Positions 1 to 9,789 are shown, counted from the first letter of the stretch. The stretch is DNA of 64,000 nt from Ignavibacteriota bacterium (GCA_963701295.1 OY969585.1:2208001-2272000); one strand, 5' to 3'. The notes: a model not told the origin generated them from the letters alone. Numbers and translations: made by a program.

Positions 1-85
1 TTGTTTGATTCGGTATATTCTGTCCAGTTGCTACATTGACGAGTAATAGTGCAACAGTGACTTTTAGTGTTGCGAAGAGCTTCAT
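1..85 (-). CDS. 5' end of a secreted protein, running off the window edge
   Basis: Manual translation from ATG at 85: MKLFATLKVTVALLLVNVATGQNIPNQT..., signal-peptide-like and open to position 1; AAGGAA upstream; promoter at 170-198. Confidence 0.65.
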   Translation of the reverse strand, partial: MKLFATLKVTVALLLVNVATGQNIPNQT

Positions 86-169
86 GGGATTGGTTCCTTG
101 AATTGGTGGGAAAGGAGTGGATGAAAATCTATGATAATCTTGTGCGAGTCTCATCTTTGAGGTCGGCAC

Positions 170-198
170 AATATAGAAACCGTCTGTTTGATTGTCAA
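170..198 (-). promoter_or_regulatory. sigma70-type promoter
   Basis: Minus strand TTGACA (198-193), 17 nt, TATATT (175-170). Confidence 0.7.
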
Positions 199-397
199 GG
201 TTTATTCGTCAAGCAAAAAACTGCCAGAGTGTTCCTGAAATAAACTATAATGTTTTTTATTGAGGATGATTTGGAAAATTGTCATTCTTAACTTTGTTTT
301 GACGGATTATTATTTTTCTCATGTAGAATGATTTCAATTAAATTCCGATTTAACAGGGAATTTGACATTGCATGAGGTAAGCCATTTTGCTCATGCA

Positions 398-1134
398 CTA
401 TTTTTTCAGCGCTGCCTTAGAGAAGAGATAATCAGGGATAGCGGCATCAAGAACAATGGAGTCAATAAGAAACTCGGTTCCCTCACCATCTTTGAAGACA
501 TCTTTATACAAAACCGACTTTGCTACCCATCGGTTCTGTATTTCCATCACCTCACGCACATCGATTGTCTTCAGAAGCTTGCCGCTTTTAGCGCAGAGGT
601 TCTCTTTCAAAAAAACAAAGCGTGTTTTATCAACCCAAACCTTGCGGCTCTCGTAGGCAATGTCTTCTTTTTTTGCAGCGAGGTCCAACACCCAGCATGG
701 ACGTCCGTTCACCGTTTCTTCAGAGGAAATTTTTGCCGTGTAGAGATTGGGCAAATGCGGATCTTCCATCATGTCTTCATAGGAAAGATCGGAACCCATC
801 ATGGATTGGCGCAGCATGTGACCAGAAATTAAAATTGTACGGTCAGTGGAAGGGGAATATGTCCAAAGCATATCCTGAAGTTTCAGCATTTTCGTTCCTT
901 TCTCGCGGGCGGGAGCTAGAAACTCAGTGAACGCTTCTTTGGTACCGCGCTGCCAGGATTTTGCTTCTAAAGTTCGGCTGCCGCGCTCTCCATGAATTAT
1001 CATACGAGAGACCAGAACTTTATTTTCCGAAACATGTTTTGATCCACTTTTTTTAGAATCTCGTCTCCAGGTAGAGTTTGTCCTAAAAGAATTGAAAGTG
1101 GCAAGAGAAGAATAAAACAACTGAGGTACCTCAT
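398..1134 (-). pseudogene. Outer-membrane lipoprotein-sorting (LolA-like) protein with a 1-nt frameshift near 1030-1032; could be a sequencing error
   Basis: ATG at 1134 overlaps the upstream stop (ATGA) and reads MRYLSCFILLLPLSILLGQTLPGDEILKKVDQNM. The body (SENKVLVSRM...APAREKGTKML...MGSDLSYED...AYESRKVWVD) is in another frame. One more T in ATG-TTT-CGG restores the frame. Confidence 0.75.
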
Positions 1135-2405
1135 GTTTCCAACTCCTTAAACAATTGCGATGTTTGTCGTTTGTAAATGCCGATGCCGGACATTGCGCTG
1201 CCGAGCAACGTAGCAAGAATCCCCGGCAGGAAACCAATTACAAAAGTAAATGGCTCCACTTGTGCTCGGATGATATCAGTGAGCATCATAGTGCTGTTCT
1301 TCATCATCGATCCTATGTCGAACCCATGCACTTGCAAATAATATGCGCCTGCCACTCCAATCGCAGTTCCAATCAGAGTTCCAGCAATGCCAACAGTAAG
1401 CGATTCAACGATCATCGATCGATAGATATGATCTTTATCCTCACCGACGGCAAGCCGCAAACCGAATTCGCCATACCGTCGCAAACTTCCGGTTAAACCT
1501 GCATTCCATAAGACGATGGACATAACAAAAACAAAGAAACCGAGGATCAAGCGCGTGAATTTGTTGACCAAATCGAGATAATCAGAAAGCCCGCTTTGGT
1601 TTCGGAGTGTTTCCATGATTGGCGAAAACTTTTCTGCAGCATTTGGATAACAGGCATTAAAACCACTGACCATTTTATCTGCTAGTTCTTCGTGATAAAG
1701 ATCATCCCGATAAAATCCCAAAATTTCTCCGGCACCTTGCTGCATATCCAATGCCTGTTGCATGTCGGAGAGGTCGACGATGATAGCACTTCTGTCCATC
1801 TGTCCCACCCCAAATCGTATTGTTCCGACGATTGTGAAATTTGTGAACGACATGCTGCCGTACATCGTCGAGCTGATCAATGTAGCTTTTTGTCCCGGCT
1901 GAACATGTAGTTTTTGCGCAAGTTCTTCCGCTACCAAGAGATCGCCATGCTTTTTGGGTAATTCTCCTCGAACGAGTGCAGGTCGGATATTGAGTATTTT
2001 CCACTCGGGACTATCAGTCGAAAGGAGGTTTACTCCCATGCCAGCAACAGGGGTTTGTTCTTTTGTTTCACCTTTCTCATCTGGTATATCAAGAAGACCT
2101 CCGAACATAATACGCGATGTCCAAATAAGATCCGGATAACGTTTTTTTAAAGAAGTCAGAAGCGTATCAACTCCGAGCAATGCCAAATCATTTGGGATCT
2201 GGTCAACGTGCGCCGAATATGCTTTTGTCATCACACGAACATGCCCTGTTTGATAATGTGCAGTGGTTTGGATAAGGCCGGAGACCGCACCGTTGATCCA
2301 TGCGTGCAAAAACACTGTGAGCATAACACCGATAGCAACGATCAGCACAGGGAAAAGGGAACGAGATCGATCGCGAAGCAAACCTTTGAGGAGAAATTTG
2401 ATCAT
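1131..2405 (-). CDS. ABC transporter permease, LolC/E-FtsX/MacB-like
   Basis: N-terminal TM helix, large periplasmic domain, RRYGEFGLRLAVG and C-terminal TM helices. Confidence 0.85.
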   Translation of the reverse strand: MIKFLLKGLLRDRSRSLFPVLIVAIGVMLTVFLHAWINGAVSGLIQTTAHYQTGHVRVMTKAYSAHVDQIPNDLALLGVDTLLTSLKKRYPDLIWTSRIMFGGLLDIPDEKGETKEQTPVAGMGVNLLSTDSPEWKILNIRPALVRGELPKKHGDLLVAEELAQKLHVQPGQKATLISSTMYGSMSFTNFTIVGTIRFGVGQMDRSAIIVDLSDMQQALDMQQGAGEILGFYRDDLYHEELADKMVSGFNACYPNAAEKFSPIMETLRNQSGLSDYLDLVNKFTRLILGFFVFVMSIVLWNAGLTGSLRRYGEFGLRLAVGEDKDHIYRSMIVESLTVGIAGTLIGTAIGVAGAYYLQVHGFDIGSMMKNSTMMLTDIIRAQVEPFTFVIGFLPGILATLLGSAMSGIGIYKRQTSQLFKELET

Positions 2406-3574
2406 GAGAGTTTCCCTCTCAATGCGTCTGTGGGTTTCAATTTGGCAATTTTCCGTGTCGGCAAAAAGCTAACGGTTGTTGTAACCAATAAGACCAGAAA
2501 TATTGTTCCAACAATCAATCCTGCGGAATAAGTTGGAAAAAGTTTTTCTCCGAGCGCAAAGCCCGCATTATCAAGCGCTCCCGGAAGAGCCATACCGGTT
2601 CGCGCTGCATAGCTGAAAAGTGGAATACCGTAGGCGGCGGCAACGATTGCCGCGAGCACTCCATGAAAAGCTCCCTCTAATGTAAAGAGTGCAATTATTT
2701 TTGTTCGAGTCATTCCGAGCGCCATAAGCGTTCCCATTTCTTTTCTGCGACGGAAGATTGAAAGAACTTGTGTATCAAAGATTGCAAGCATTGCAAGGAA
2801 TAGAAGAATCGTATATAAAATGCTTCCCTGGATCGTTTTGCTCTTTAAAAGCGCATGAATATCGTGTAAAAGATAATCCAGACTTTTAAAGTTCCATTCT
2901 GTATTTGGTTTGAGTGGTTGAATATTTTTTTTCAAAATAACTATTGTTGCCTGTCCGGTCATTGTCGTGAGCGATTGCATCTGGTCCAATGGAATCCAGA
3001 TTTGCTCATTGTCAATTTCCTGCACAGACGTTTTCATCACCTCTACAATTTCCACTTCTCTTGCATCGAATGTGCCATGAACATCGCGCCACTGAACAGT
3101 GATCTCATCACCTTTATGCAGTCCGATACTTTTTGCCATTCTGCTGCCGATGAGAGCAGGAATATTTCCCTGATCACTTTTCAAAAGAAAGGATGGAATG
3201 GATAAGACATTTTGACTTGGGTCGATTCCCTTGAGGAGGATGGATTGAAAACGTCCTTCCGGATAAATCGTAGCCTGACAGATAAGGATTGGAGTCGCTT
3301 CATTATTTTTGATAAGCGTCTGAAGTTCCGCAGGAATTTGAGCGTGCGCATCTACAAGTGTAAGTGGATCAAATGGATCGTATGCTTTCTGCCAGAATTG
3401 TCCGCCGCCATAGAGTGCATCAATGGTCGCTCGCTCGACCTGGTCATTCATACCGTTATACATTCCCTGCAGGAAAATAATAGTAACGAATGAAAACGAA
3501 AGCGCAACGACATTGAGCCAGGTTCGAATGCCAGTGCCGAGAATATTGCGGAAAGCAAGTTTTAGAATGAGCAT
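2402..3574 (-). CDS. ABC transporter permease, LolC/E-FtsX-like
   Basis: KLAFRNI start, RRKEMGTLMALG, PTRKIAKLKPTDALR end; ATGA overlap with the next gene. Confidence 0.88.
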   Translation of the reverse strand: MLILKLAFRNILGTGIRTWLNVVALSFSFVTIIFLQGMYNGMNDQVERATIDALYGGGQFWQKAYDPFDPLTLVDAHAQIPAELQTLIKNNEATPILICQATIYPEGRFQSILLKGIDPSQNVLSIPSFLLKSDQGNIPALIGSRMAKSIGLHKGDEITVQWRDVHGTFDAREVEIVEVMKTSVQEIDNEQIWIPLDQMQSLTTMTGQATIVILKKNIQPLKPNTEWNFKSLDYLLHDIHALLKSKTIQGSILYTILLFLAMLAIFDTQVLSIFRRRKEMGTLMALGMTRTKIIALFTLEGAFHGVLAAIVAAAYGIPLFSYAARTGMALPGALDNAGFALGEKLFPTYSAGLIVGTIFLVLLVTTTVSFLPTRKIAKLKPTDALRGKLS

Positions 3575-3588
3575 GATTCACATCGCTT

Positions 3589-4323
3589 TCATGATTTTGT
3601 TTCGTCTTTCGCGACCTTTCCGTCGACGAGGGTAATTTTTCTTTTAAGGTATGCTATAACCTTTTCGTCGTGCGTGGCAAAGACGAATGTTGTCTTGAGT
3701 TCTTCATTCAGCTGCACCATGGTTTTCATAATGTTGTGGGAATTTTCAGCATCAAGATTCGCTGTAGGTTCATCGGCAAGAACAAGTTCTGGTTTTTTGA
3801 CAATCGCTCTGGCAATTGCCACTCGCTGACTTTGTCCACCGGAGAGTTGTGCGGGTTTGGAATCAGCCCGATCCGCTAATCCAACCCATTCCAAAGCATC
3901 TATAACAAGTTTCTTCCGCGTGGATGAATCCTTGCCGAGAAGTAGCAATGGGAACTCCACGTTTTCAAACACTGTATAGACCGGTAGCAAGTTGAATGTC
4001 TGAAAAATGAAACCAATATGGTCTTTCCGCAACTGAGCAGCTTCTGTGTGTGTGAGCAGTTCCGATTTTTGTCCCAGCACTTCTGCGCTGCCTTTGGTTG
4101 GAGCGTCAAGGCAGCCGATGATGTTCAAGAGTGTTGTCTTTCCCGATCCGCTTGGGCCAACTAAGCCAAGGAATTCGCCCTTGTGCACTGAGAGATTAAT
4201 CTTATCCAGTGCCTTTAGTATATTTAGTCCCAGAGGATAGGTTTTGTCCAGGTTTTCCGTTTTTATGATTATTGTATTTTGCATATGTATTCCATTATTC
4301 TTGCTTACGATTTTATTTTCCAT
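3589..4323 (-). CDS. ABC transporter ATP-binding protein, LolD-like
   Basis: Walker A GPSGSGKTT, LSGGQSQRVAIARA, LADEPTANLD, THD. Confidence 0.93.
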   Translation of the reverse strand: MENKIVSKNNGIHMQNTIIIKTENLDKTYPLGLNILKALDKINLSVHKGEFLGLVGPSGSGKTTLLNIIGCLDAPTKGSAEVLGQKSELLTHTEAAQLRKDHIGFIFQTFNLLPVYTVFENVEFPLLLLGKDSSTRKKLVIDALEWVGLADRADSKPAQLSGGQSQRVAIARAIVKKPELVLADEPTANLDAENSHNIMKTMVQLNEELKTTFVFATHDEKVIAYLKRKITLVDGKVAKDETKS

Positions 4324-4348
4324 CGTTTGATTGTGAAAAAAATACCTC

Positions 4349-5497
4349 TCAATGATTAAACACGATCATCAGTTGAATTCCATTCCCTGCAAAGAGGCTG
4401 TTGCCTCCTTGAGATTGAAAAAGTTGAATATTATTAGGATTCCAGAATCCTATGAGATAAATTATCCAATTATCATATGTTCTTTGCAAAGTAAGGAGGC
4501 GGTACCAATCCTGATCCGTCCAGTCGCGATACAATATGGCCGATATTCGATCAAGAGTACCCAACGGGTAACTTACTGACAGACCAGAAAAGCCGATGCC
4601 GGTTGCCGTGTTAAAAACATTGTTGGGATGTTCATCTCGAAAATATTCAGTGAGGACGGTTAATCCATTTCCGATATCGAAAGTGTAATCGGCTCCTAAT
4701 GTCCATAGTCGCTGATATTTCATTCCAGGAATTTCGGTTTGTTCATGGATGATTACTGCCTCGAACCATACTCCGATTCCTATGTCCCATTTCCCATCGA
4801 GTGCAAATCTATTTTCAGGAACAGAATATCCCACCGTGTCGGCCGGGATTCCCGACAAATTGTTGAGATCGGCTTCACGATGATGATATGATATTCCAGT
4901 CTCACCGTTCAAGAAAGGTGCTTGTATTCTACCTCCATACTCAATGCTTTTCTTTTGTGTTGGTGCAACTTCCCATCCTTTGGTCTCCTCGTTGCCGTAA
5001 AGTCCCCATAGCCAGATATTGGTATTGGTAAGCAAGTAGTATCGCGTGAGCAAACCATATACTCCATTAGTAAGCTGCAGTGGATCGCGCGGATCAATCT
5101 TGTCGAACCACATGAGTGGCCGAAAGAGCGTTGCAGTACCGAAGCTTATTTTTTGCAGCCCAACACGCGCTTCGAACACATCTGATGCAAGCCGGAACGA
5201 TGCACGATATGGTTTTATTATTCCGTCGTATTCCATGTGCTGGTTTTTTGAAAAGCTTTCCGTAGCGAAGGCATTGAGCGACAAATCCACATCGGCACTA
5301 AGATCATCATTTATTTTTTGTTTCAAAGACAATTCGGGAATATAACGAAAACCTGTTTGGGAAATCGGAGAGTTGTCGGGAGTGAACATGATCCAGCCGG
5401 ATGCTTGGCCGTCCAGGGAGCAAGTTTGTCCAGACGCTGATGTGAGCCCGCAAGAAAGAAGAACAAGAAAAATTATGCAGTAAATTTTAGTTTTCAA
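4349..5497 (-). CDS. Hypothetical secreted, probably outer-membrane beta-barrel protein
   Basis: Probable TTG start at 5497 gives a signal peptide (KTKIYCIIFLVLLSCGL); amphipathic beta-strand pattern; ends QLMIVFNH. Confidence 0.65.
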   Translation of the reverse strand: MKTKIYCIIFLVLLSCGLTSASGQTCSLDGQASGWIMFTPDNSPISQTGFRYIPELSLKQKINDDLSADVDLSLNAFATESFSKNQHMEYDGIIKPYRASFRLASDVFEARVGLQKISFGTATLFRPLMWFDKIDPRDPLQLTNGVYGLLTRYYLLTNTNIWLWGLYGNEETKGWEVAPTQKKSIEYGGRIQAPFLNGETGISYHHREADLNNLSGIPADTVGYSVPENRFALDGKWDIGIGVWFEAVIIHEQTEIPGMKYQRLWTLGADYTFDIGNGLTVLTEYFRDEHPNNVFNTATGIGFSGLSVSYPLGTLDRISAILYRDWTDQDWYRLLTLQRTYDNWIIYLIGFWNPNNIQLFQSQGGNSLFAGNGIQLMIVFNH

Positions 5498-5540
5498 CTG
5501 TTCATCCTGAAAATATCGGGGAACACGCGAAGGATTATTT

Positions 5541-6137
5541 CTATTGTTGATTTTTCCAATACAAAAGCAAGATTTCAATTAGATAGTTCTTAATATCATT
5601 AATCGGGAATAATTCAGGCGCGGCGACATAGTTTGCCGCAATGCCATCGAAGAAAATACTAAGGAGGTAGAAATCAAGATCTGGTTTTTTTGATCCTGAT
5701 TGCACAAGCAGATCGCGCGTTCTCTTTAAATAGATTTCGATGTACTTTTTGCCTTTTCTTTTTAATATTTTCCGCCAGCCCTCGTCAAGATTCAATCGCA
5801 GTGAAAGCAGAATTAATAACGGTTCCTTTTCCAATAACTCCAGCCAGGCATTAATAAAGGATGTAAGTTTTTCTTTGGGGTCTCGTGCATCATCATTCTG
5901 GACGAACTTAGGCAAAAACCGGTCGATTTCTTCGTCGATGATCGCTAACAATATATCTTGTTTAGTAGGAAAGTGAGAGAAAATAAGCCCTTTGGAGACT
6001 TTTGCCTTCCCCGCAATCTCATCCGTCGTGGTCGCTGAAAAGCCTTTCTTTGCAAACAATTCCAGCGCCGCAGAAATAATAAAGCTCCGGCTTTTTGCTT
6101 TCATTTGTTCGGATAATAACTTTGATCGCGGCGACAT
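5541..6137 (-). CDS. TetR/AcrR family transcriptional regulator
   Basis: AALELFAKKGFSATTTDEIAGKAKVSKGLIFSHFPTKQDI HTH. Confidence 0.93.
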   Translation of the reverse strand: MSPRSKLLSEQMKAKSRSFIISAALELFAKKGFSATTTDEIAGKAKVSKGLIFSHFPTKQDILLAIIDEEIDRFLPKFVQNDDARDPKEKLTSFINAWLELLEKEPLLILLSLRLNLDEGWRKILKRKGKKYIEIYLKRTRDLLVQSGSKKPDLDFYLLSIFFDGIAANYVAAPELFPINDIKNYLIEILLLYWKNQQ

Positions 6138-6159
6138 AATCGTATCTCCATTATATGAC

Positions 6160-6201
6160 TGACTACTTAGTCAATATAAATATAAGAAGAAGAGAAGTCA
6201 A
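6160..6201 (-). promoter_or_regulatory. Promoter of the TetR operon with an abutting palindromic operator
   Basis: Minus strand TTGACT (6201-6196), 17 nt, TATATT (6178-6173); palindrome TGACTA-CT-TAGTCA at 6160-6173 over the expected start site. Confidence 0.7.
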
Positions 6202-6465
6202 TACTTTGTTAGGAATATTTTCTCGGAATCATGCATTTCTTGAATTGAACGAAAAAGATAATCGGTTATGGCACCAGTTGTTAGAACTGCTCAATCACGG
6301 TTAAGGACAATTTGATCGGGGAAGAATTACCGTTCTAACTTCCTCCCAATGAGAGAACGAATCTTACTATCGTTTACCCTGTTTGTTCTTCCAAATATCA
6401 TGTACAATTTAAATTATACGGATAAGGCAAAATTTGTATTTGAAAAAATTAATAATTAAATTTTA

Positions 6466-7294
6466 GGTAATTAGGTAGAAACGTAACCGAAATAGATTAG
6501 AGTAAAGAGTTTCAACAAATTGTCATCGCGATGGTTAAAACGATATTCAACTTCTTTAAGATACATAGGAAAATGATATTTTGAAACACCGCGATAATTA
6601 TATAAGACATGTTTAGCAAAAGACCAAAATCCTTCAATACCATTAATATGATTCTTTGTTTTCGGAAATTTCTTTCCATGACTAATGGTATGATGTTTTC
6701 CAAAGCGTTTCAAGGAGCGATAACTACGAAAGGTGTCCGTGAAGTAGACCGATCCTTTCTTGGTATGTTGTCGAATATGATCCATCAATTCATTGGCCGA
6801 GACAGAATCAACAACCTTAGTATAGACCCGTCCATTGCGCTCCAGAAGCCCAAAAACGATACTTTTTCCGCCTGCACCGCGTCCTCGTTTGCCTTTGCGA
6901 CGACCACCAAAATACGCTTCGTCCAATTCTATTTCTCCTTTGAGCTTGCCAGCTTCAAGTTCGCTCACATGATAAATCGCTTCTCGAATGCGCTGATAGA
7001 CTCTGGTAACAGTTTTATAATTTATTCCAAGATCATTTGCCAATCGATACGCCGGTTGCTGTTGATAAAAACCAAGAATGATTTTCAACTCTCGCCGAAG
7101 AAGATGACTTCCTTTTTGTCTTTGACACTTGTTGCATTTTACGTAGCCGCGTTTCGTTCGACAGACGTTGAACGATCCACAAAACACACACTTCTTTCCA
7201 CTCAAAAAGTTGTCATGGTAACTGATTTTACTGGAACTTGCCATAAAATAATATACTTACAATTATTCTATGGTTACATTCTTACCTAATTACC
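6466..7294 (-). mobile_element. IS1595-family insertion sequence, 829 bp, complete
   Basis: Terminal IRs GGTAATTAGGTAGAAACGTAACC (6466-6488) and GGTTACATTCTTACCTAATTACC (7272-7294), 20/23 match; flanks AAATTTTA (6458-6465) and AAATCTTA (7295-7302), a 7/8 TSD. Confidence 0.92.
6471..7244 (-). CDS. IS1595-family DDE transposase
   Basis: N-terminal Cys motifs (CVFC...CNKC), GEIELDEAYFGG, GKRGRGA, YFTD, HINGIEGFWS, YLKEVEYRFN. Confidence 0.93.
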   Translation of the reverse strand: MASSSKISYHDNFLSGKKCVFCGSFNVCRTKRGYVKCNKCQRQKGSHLLRRELKIILGFYQQQPAYRLANDLGINYKTVTRVYQRIREAIYHVSELEAGKLKGEIELDEAYFGGRRKGKRGRGAGGKSIVFGLLERNGRVYTKVVDSVSANELMDHIRQHTKKGSVYFTDTFRSYRSLKRFGKHHTISHGKKFPKTKNHINGIEGFWSFAKHVLYNYRGVSKYHFPMYLKEVEYRFNHRDDNLLKLFTLIYFGYVST

Positions 7295-7384
7295 AAATCT
7301 TATTATCTTCCATTGTTATAATACTATGTGCTAAAATAACATGGCACTGCATTTACAAGAACTTTTTAAGGAGGAAAGGAGGAT

Positions 7385-8083
7385 TTGATGACTCAGAAAA
7401 GAAAAAAAAGGCAATCTCGAACCGATTCTATACCTGGAAGTCCTGTTTCTGCACAGAATCTACTACCGCTCGAACTGCCGAGCCCCACACTTGATCGTGA
7501 TAAATCAGTATTAAAAGCATTGCGGCAAAGAAAAACTATCCGTGAAATAAGCGATAAAAAACTTTCTTTGCAGGTACTTTCAAATCTCCTCTGGGCAGCA
7601 TGTGGAGTAAATCGTAAAATAGGCCCATTTGGAATTCCTGGAAGAACTGCTGCGTCAGCAAGCAACTCACAGGAAATTGATCTTTATGTTGCCATGCAGG
7701 AAGGAATTTATTTATATAATGCGTTTCATCATAGGCTGATTCCAGTTGTTGCGGGTGACCTGCGTGCCATGGCAATTGGTCCTGGTCAGGCGAATTTTGT
7801 AGCGAAGTCTCCGGTTCAGCTCATCTACATTGTGGATGTTCAAAAGCTTTCCAATACATCCGGTTATCAGGAACCTGGACTGCAAGATCCTGAAATTCAA
7901 AAATCATATTATTATGTTGATACAGGCCTCATTGCAGGCAATGTATATTTGTTTGCCGCTTCTCAAGGCCTGGCATCATGGTTCCATAATTGCAACAAAC
8001 CCGCTCTTGCGGCAAAATTAAATTTGCGGGCTGACCAGCGTGTACTCTTTGGCCAGACAGTTGGATATCCTGTTAAAAAATAA
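7385..8083 (+). CDS. Nitroreductase, SagB/ThcOx-like
   Basis: ALRQRKTIRE, LSNLLWAA, RTAASA, DTGLIAGNVYL; strong AGGAGG RBS. Confidence 0.85.
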   Translation: MMTQKRKKRQSRTDSIPGSPVSAQNLLPLELPSPTLDRDKSVLKALRQRKTIREISDKKLSLQVLSNLLWAACGVNRKIGPFGIPGRTAASASNSQEIDLYVAMQEGIYLYNAFHHRLIPVVAGDLRAMAIGPGQANFVAKSPVQLIYIVDVQKLSNTSGYQEPGLQDPEIQKSYYYVDTGLIAGNVYLFAASQGLASWFHNCNKPALAAKLNLRADQRVLFGQTVGYPVKK

Positions 8084-8098
8084 TAAAGGAGATTTCAA

Positions 8099-8854
8099 AT
8101 GGAGATTTCAGGAAATACCGTATTAATTACGGGCGGGGCGACGGGTATAGGTTATGCAATGGCCGAAGCTTTCTTGGAAGCCAAGAATGAAGTCATCATT
8201 TGTGGTCGAAGAAAAGAAAGACTTCTTGGAGCTCAAAAAAAACATCCGGAGTTCCATATCAAAGTGTGTAATGTAACTGATGAAGCGGATCGAAGAACAC
8301 TAGTGGAATGGATAACTACCAACTTCGACAAGTTGAACATTCTGATACACAATGCCGGTGTGCAAAGGGATATTGATTTCACGAAAGGTATCACTGAGTT
8401 TCTGGCCGGAGAAAATGAAATCACAATTAACTTGGAAGCGCCAATAGTTCTCTCTGGGCTGTTTATTCCGTATTTGACCGGGAAGAAAGAAGCTGCCATT
8501 ATCAATGTTTCATCCGGATTAGGTTTTGTGCCTGCCGCTCGAATGCCGGTCTATAGTGCGACCAAAGCCGGGTTGCATGCTTTTTCCATGGCGCTCAGAC
8601 AGCAACTCTTAAAACTTGGGATTAAAGTTTTTGAGGTGGTTCCGCCGGCGGTTGATACGGAATTAAATCCGGAGGGAAGAGCCAAAAGAGGCAATTATAA
8701 AGCGAATCTGACGCCCGAGGAATTTGTAGTCGCGATAATGAAAGGTCTCAAGAATGACGTCCTCGAAATAGGTTATGGGATGACGGAAGGTTCAATCAAA
8801 GCGTCCAGAGCAGAGTTGGACAAAAGCTTTCAACAGATGAATAGCCGGTGGTAA
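8099..8854 (+). CDS. Short-chain dehydrogenase/reductase, DltE-like
   Basis: TGGATGIG, HNAG, NVSSGL, YSATK. Confidence 0.92.
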   Translation: MEISGNTVLITGGATGIGYAMAEAFLEAKNEVIICGRRKERLLGAQKKHPEFHIKVCNVTDEADRRTLVEWITTNFDKLNILIHNAGVQRDIDFTKGITEFLAGENEITINLEAPIVLSGLFIPYLTGKKEAAIINVSSGLGFVPAARMPVYSATKAGLHAFSMALRQQLLKLGIKVFEVVPPAVDTELNPEGRAKRGNYKANLTPEEFVVAIMKGLKNDVLEIGYGMTEGSIKASRAELDKSFQQMNSRW

Positions 8855-9050
8855 AACTGCGAAGGAAATTTTTAAGCGGTCAACAAAAACAAATATAAGT
8901 TTTGTACTGCGTTCATTTATTATTTTTATCTTTATTTAAGATGTTGTATCGTGCTTTGCGCGGTACATTCTCAAGTCTTCGGCTGCGTGATACATTTTTC
9001 TGGATAAGCTGAGTTAAGCTTCGGGTTAGGTACGTTGCAAGATAAATACA

Positions 9051-9533
9051 TTACAGTCTTTTTTCCAATTCGATTTCATCTCGTAGTGGAATACCATCTT
9101 TGCCAACAATTGGAATCTGGGGCTTAAGTTGACGTGATCTTTTGATCGCGTCGCGATGTACTGCTACAAGTACATATCCTCTTCGCTGATAAAATCGTAA
9201 AGCACGAAGATTATCGTTTGTTGTAATAAGCCAAATTCGAATACACCTTTTTTCTTTTGCAACTTGTTCAACAGACTTCAAAAGGGACGATCCTATACCC
9301 CGGCCCTCGGCAAGGCTATCAAGCGATATAACTTCACAAGTTCCTGCTTCGAAACGATAAGTAAGAAGACCCACAGGGACATTTTCTTCTACAGCAACAA
9401 AACCAGACAGTTCATTTGCAGCATGAAGGACACCACGAGTAACAATTGTAGTCGATCCCCATCGATCTATGAGAATCCGATTAATCCAAATTTTATGGGT
9501 ATCATTAATAGGTTGAATGCTCATTGCTGTCAT
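9051..9533 (-). CDS. GNAT family N-acetyltransferase
   Basis: EGRGIGSSLL, WLITTNDNLRALRFYQRRGY. Confidence 0.9.
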   Translation of the reverse strand: MTAMSIQPINDTHKIWINRILIDRWGSTTIVTRGVLHAANELSGFVAVEENVPVGLLTYRFEAGTCEVISLDSLAEGRGIGSSLLKSVEQVAKEKRCIRIWLITTNDNLRALRFYQRRGYVLVAVHRDAIKRSRQLKPQIPIVGKDGIPLRDEIELEKRL

Positions 9534-9605
9534 AAGAAAAAGCTTGTACGCGGCGGACTTAAAACATCTAATTAAAATCTACTATATAGCCGACTAAATA
9601 GCAAC

Positions 9606-9637
9606 AAAAACCCCGATGTTCTTTCGAACACCGGGGT
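9606..9637 (-). terminator. Intrinsic terminator
   Basis: Minus strand ACCCCGGTGTTC-GAAA-GAACATCGGGGT followed by a T run. Confidence 0.8.
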
Positions 9638-9644
9638 AATGGGG

Positions 9645-9751
9645 AGGGGGTAAACAACCACCGCGCGCCAACACAATGGTGCTATTCCGAGATCTTTCAA
9701 CCTCGGAGATAGCCGATGATATCTTTGGGGAATGATATCAACTTACCCCCT
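9645..9751 (-). ncRNA. Putative structured RNA (four-way junction), unassigned
   Basis: 10-bp closing stem AGGGGGUAAG/UUUACCCCCU enclosing three hairpins; the G-U pairs work only on the minus strand; terminator immediately 3'. Confidence 0.55.
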
Positions 9752-9789
9752 TTATATTGTTGTTTCATAAATTGTCGATTACACATTTA

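Noticed and set aside
7342-7357. TGGCAC-TGCAT-TTACA sigma54-like motif before the nitroreductase
   Set aside because: The -12 element lacks the conserved G; too weak
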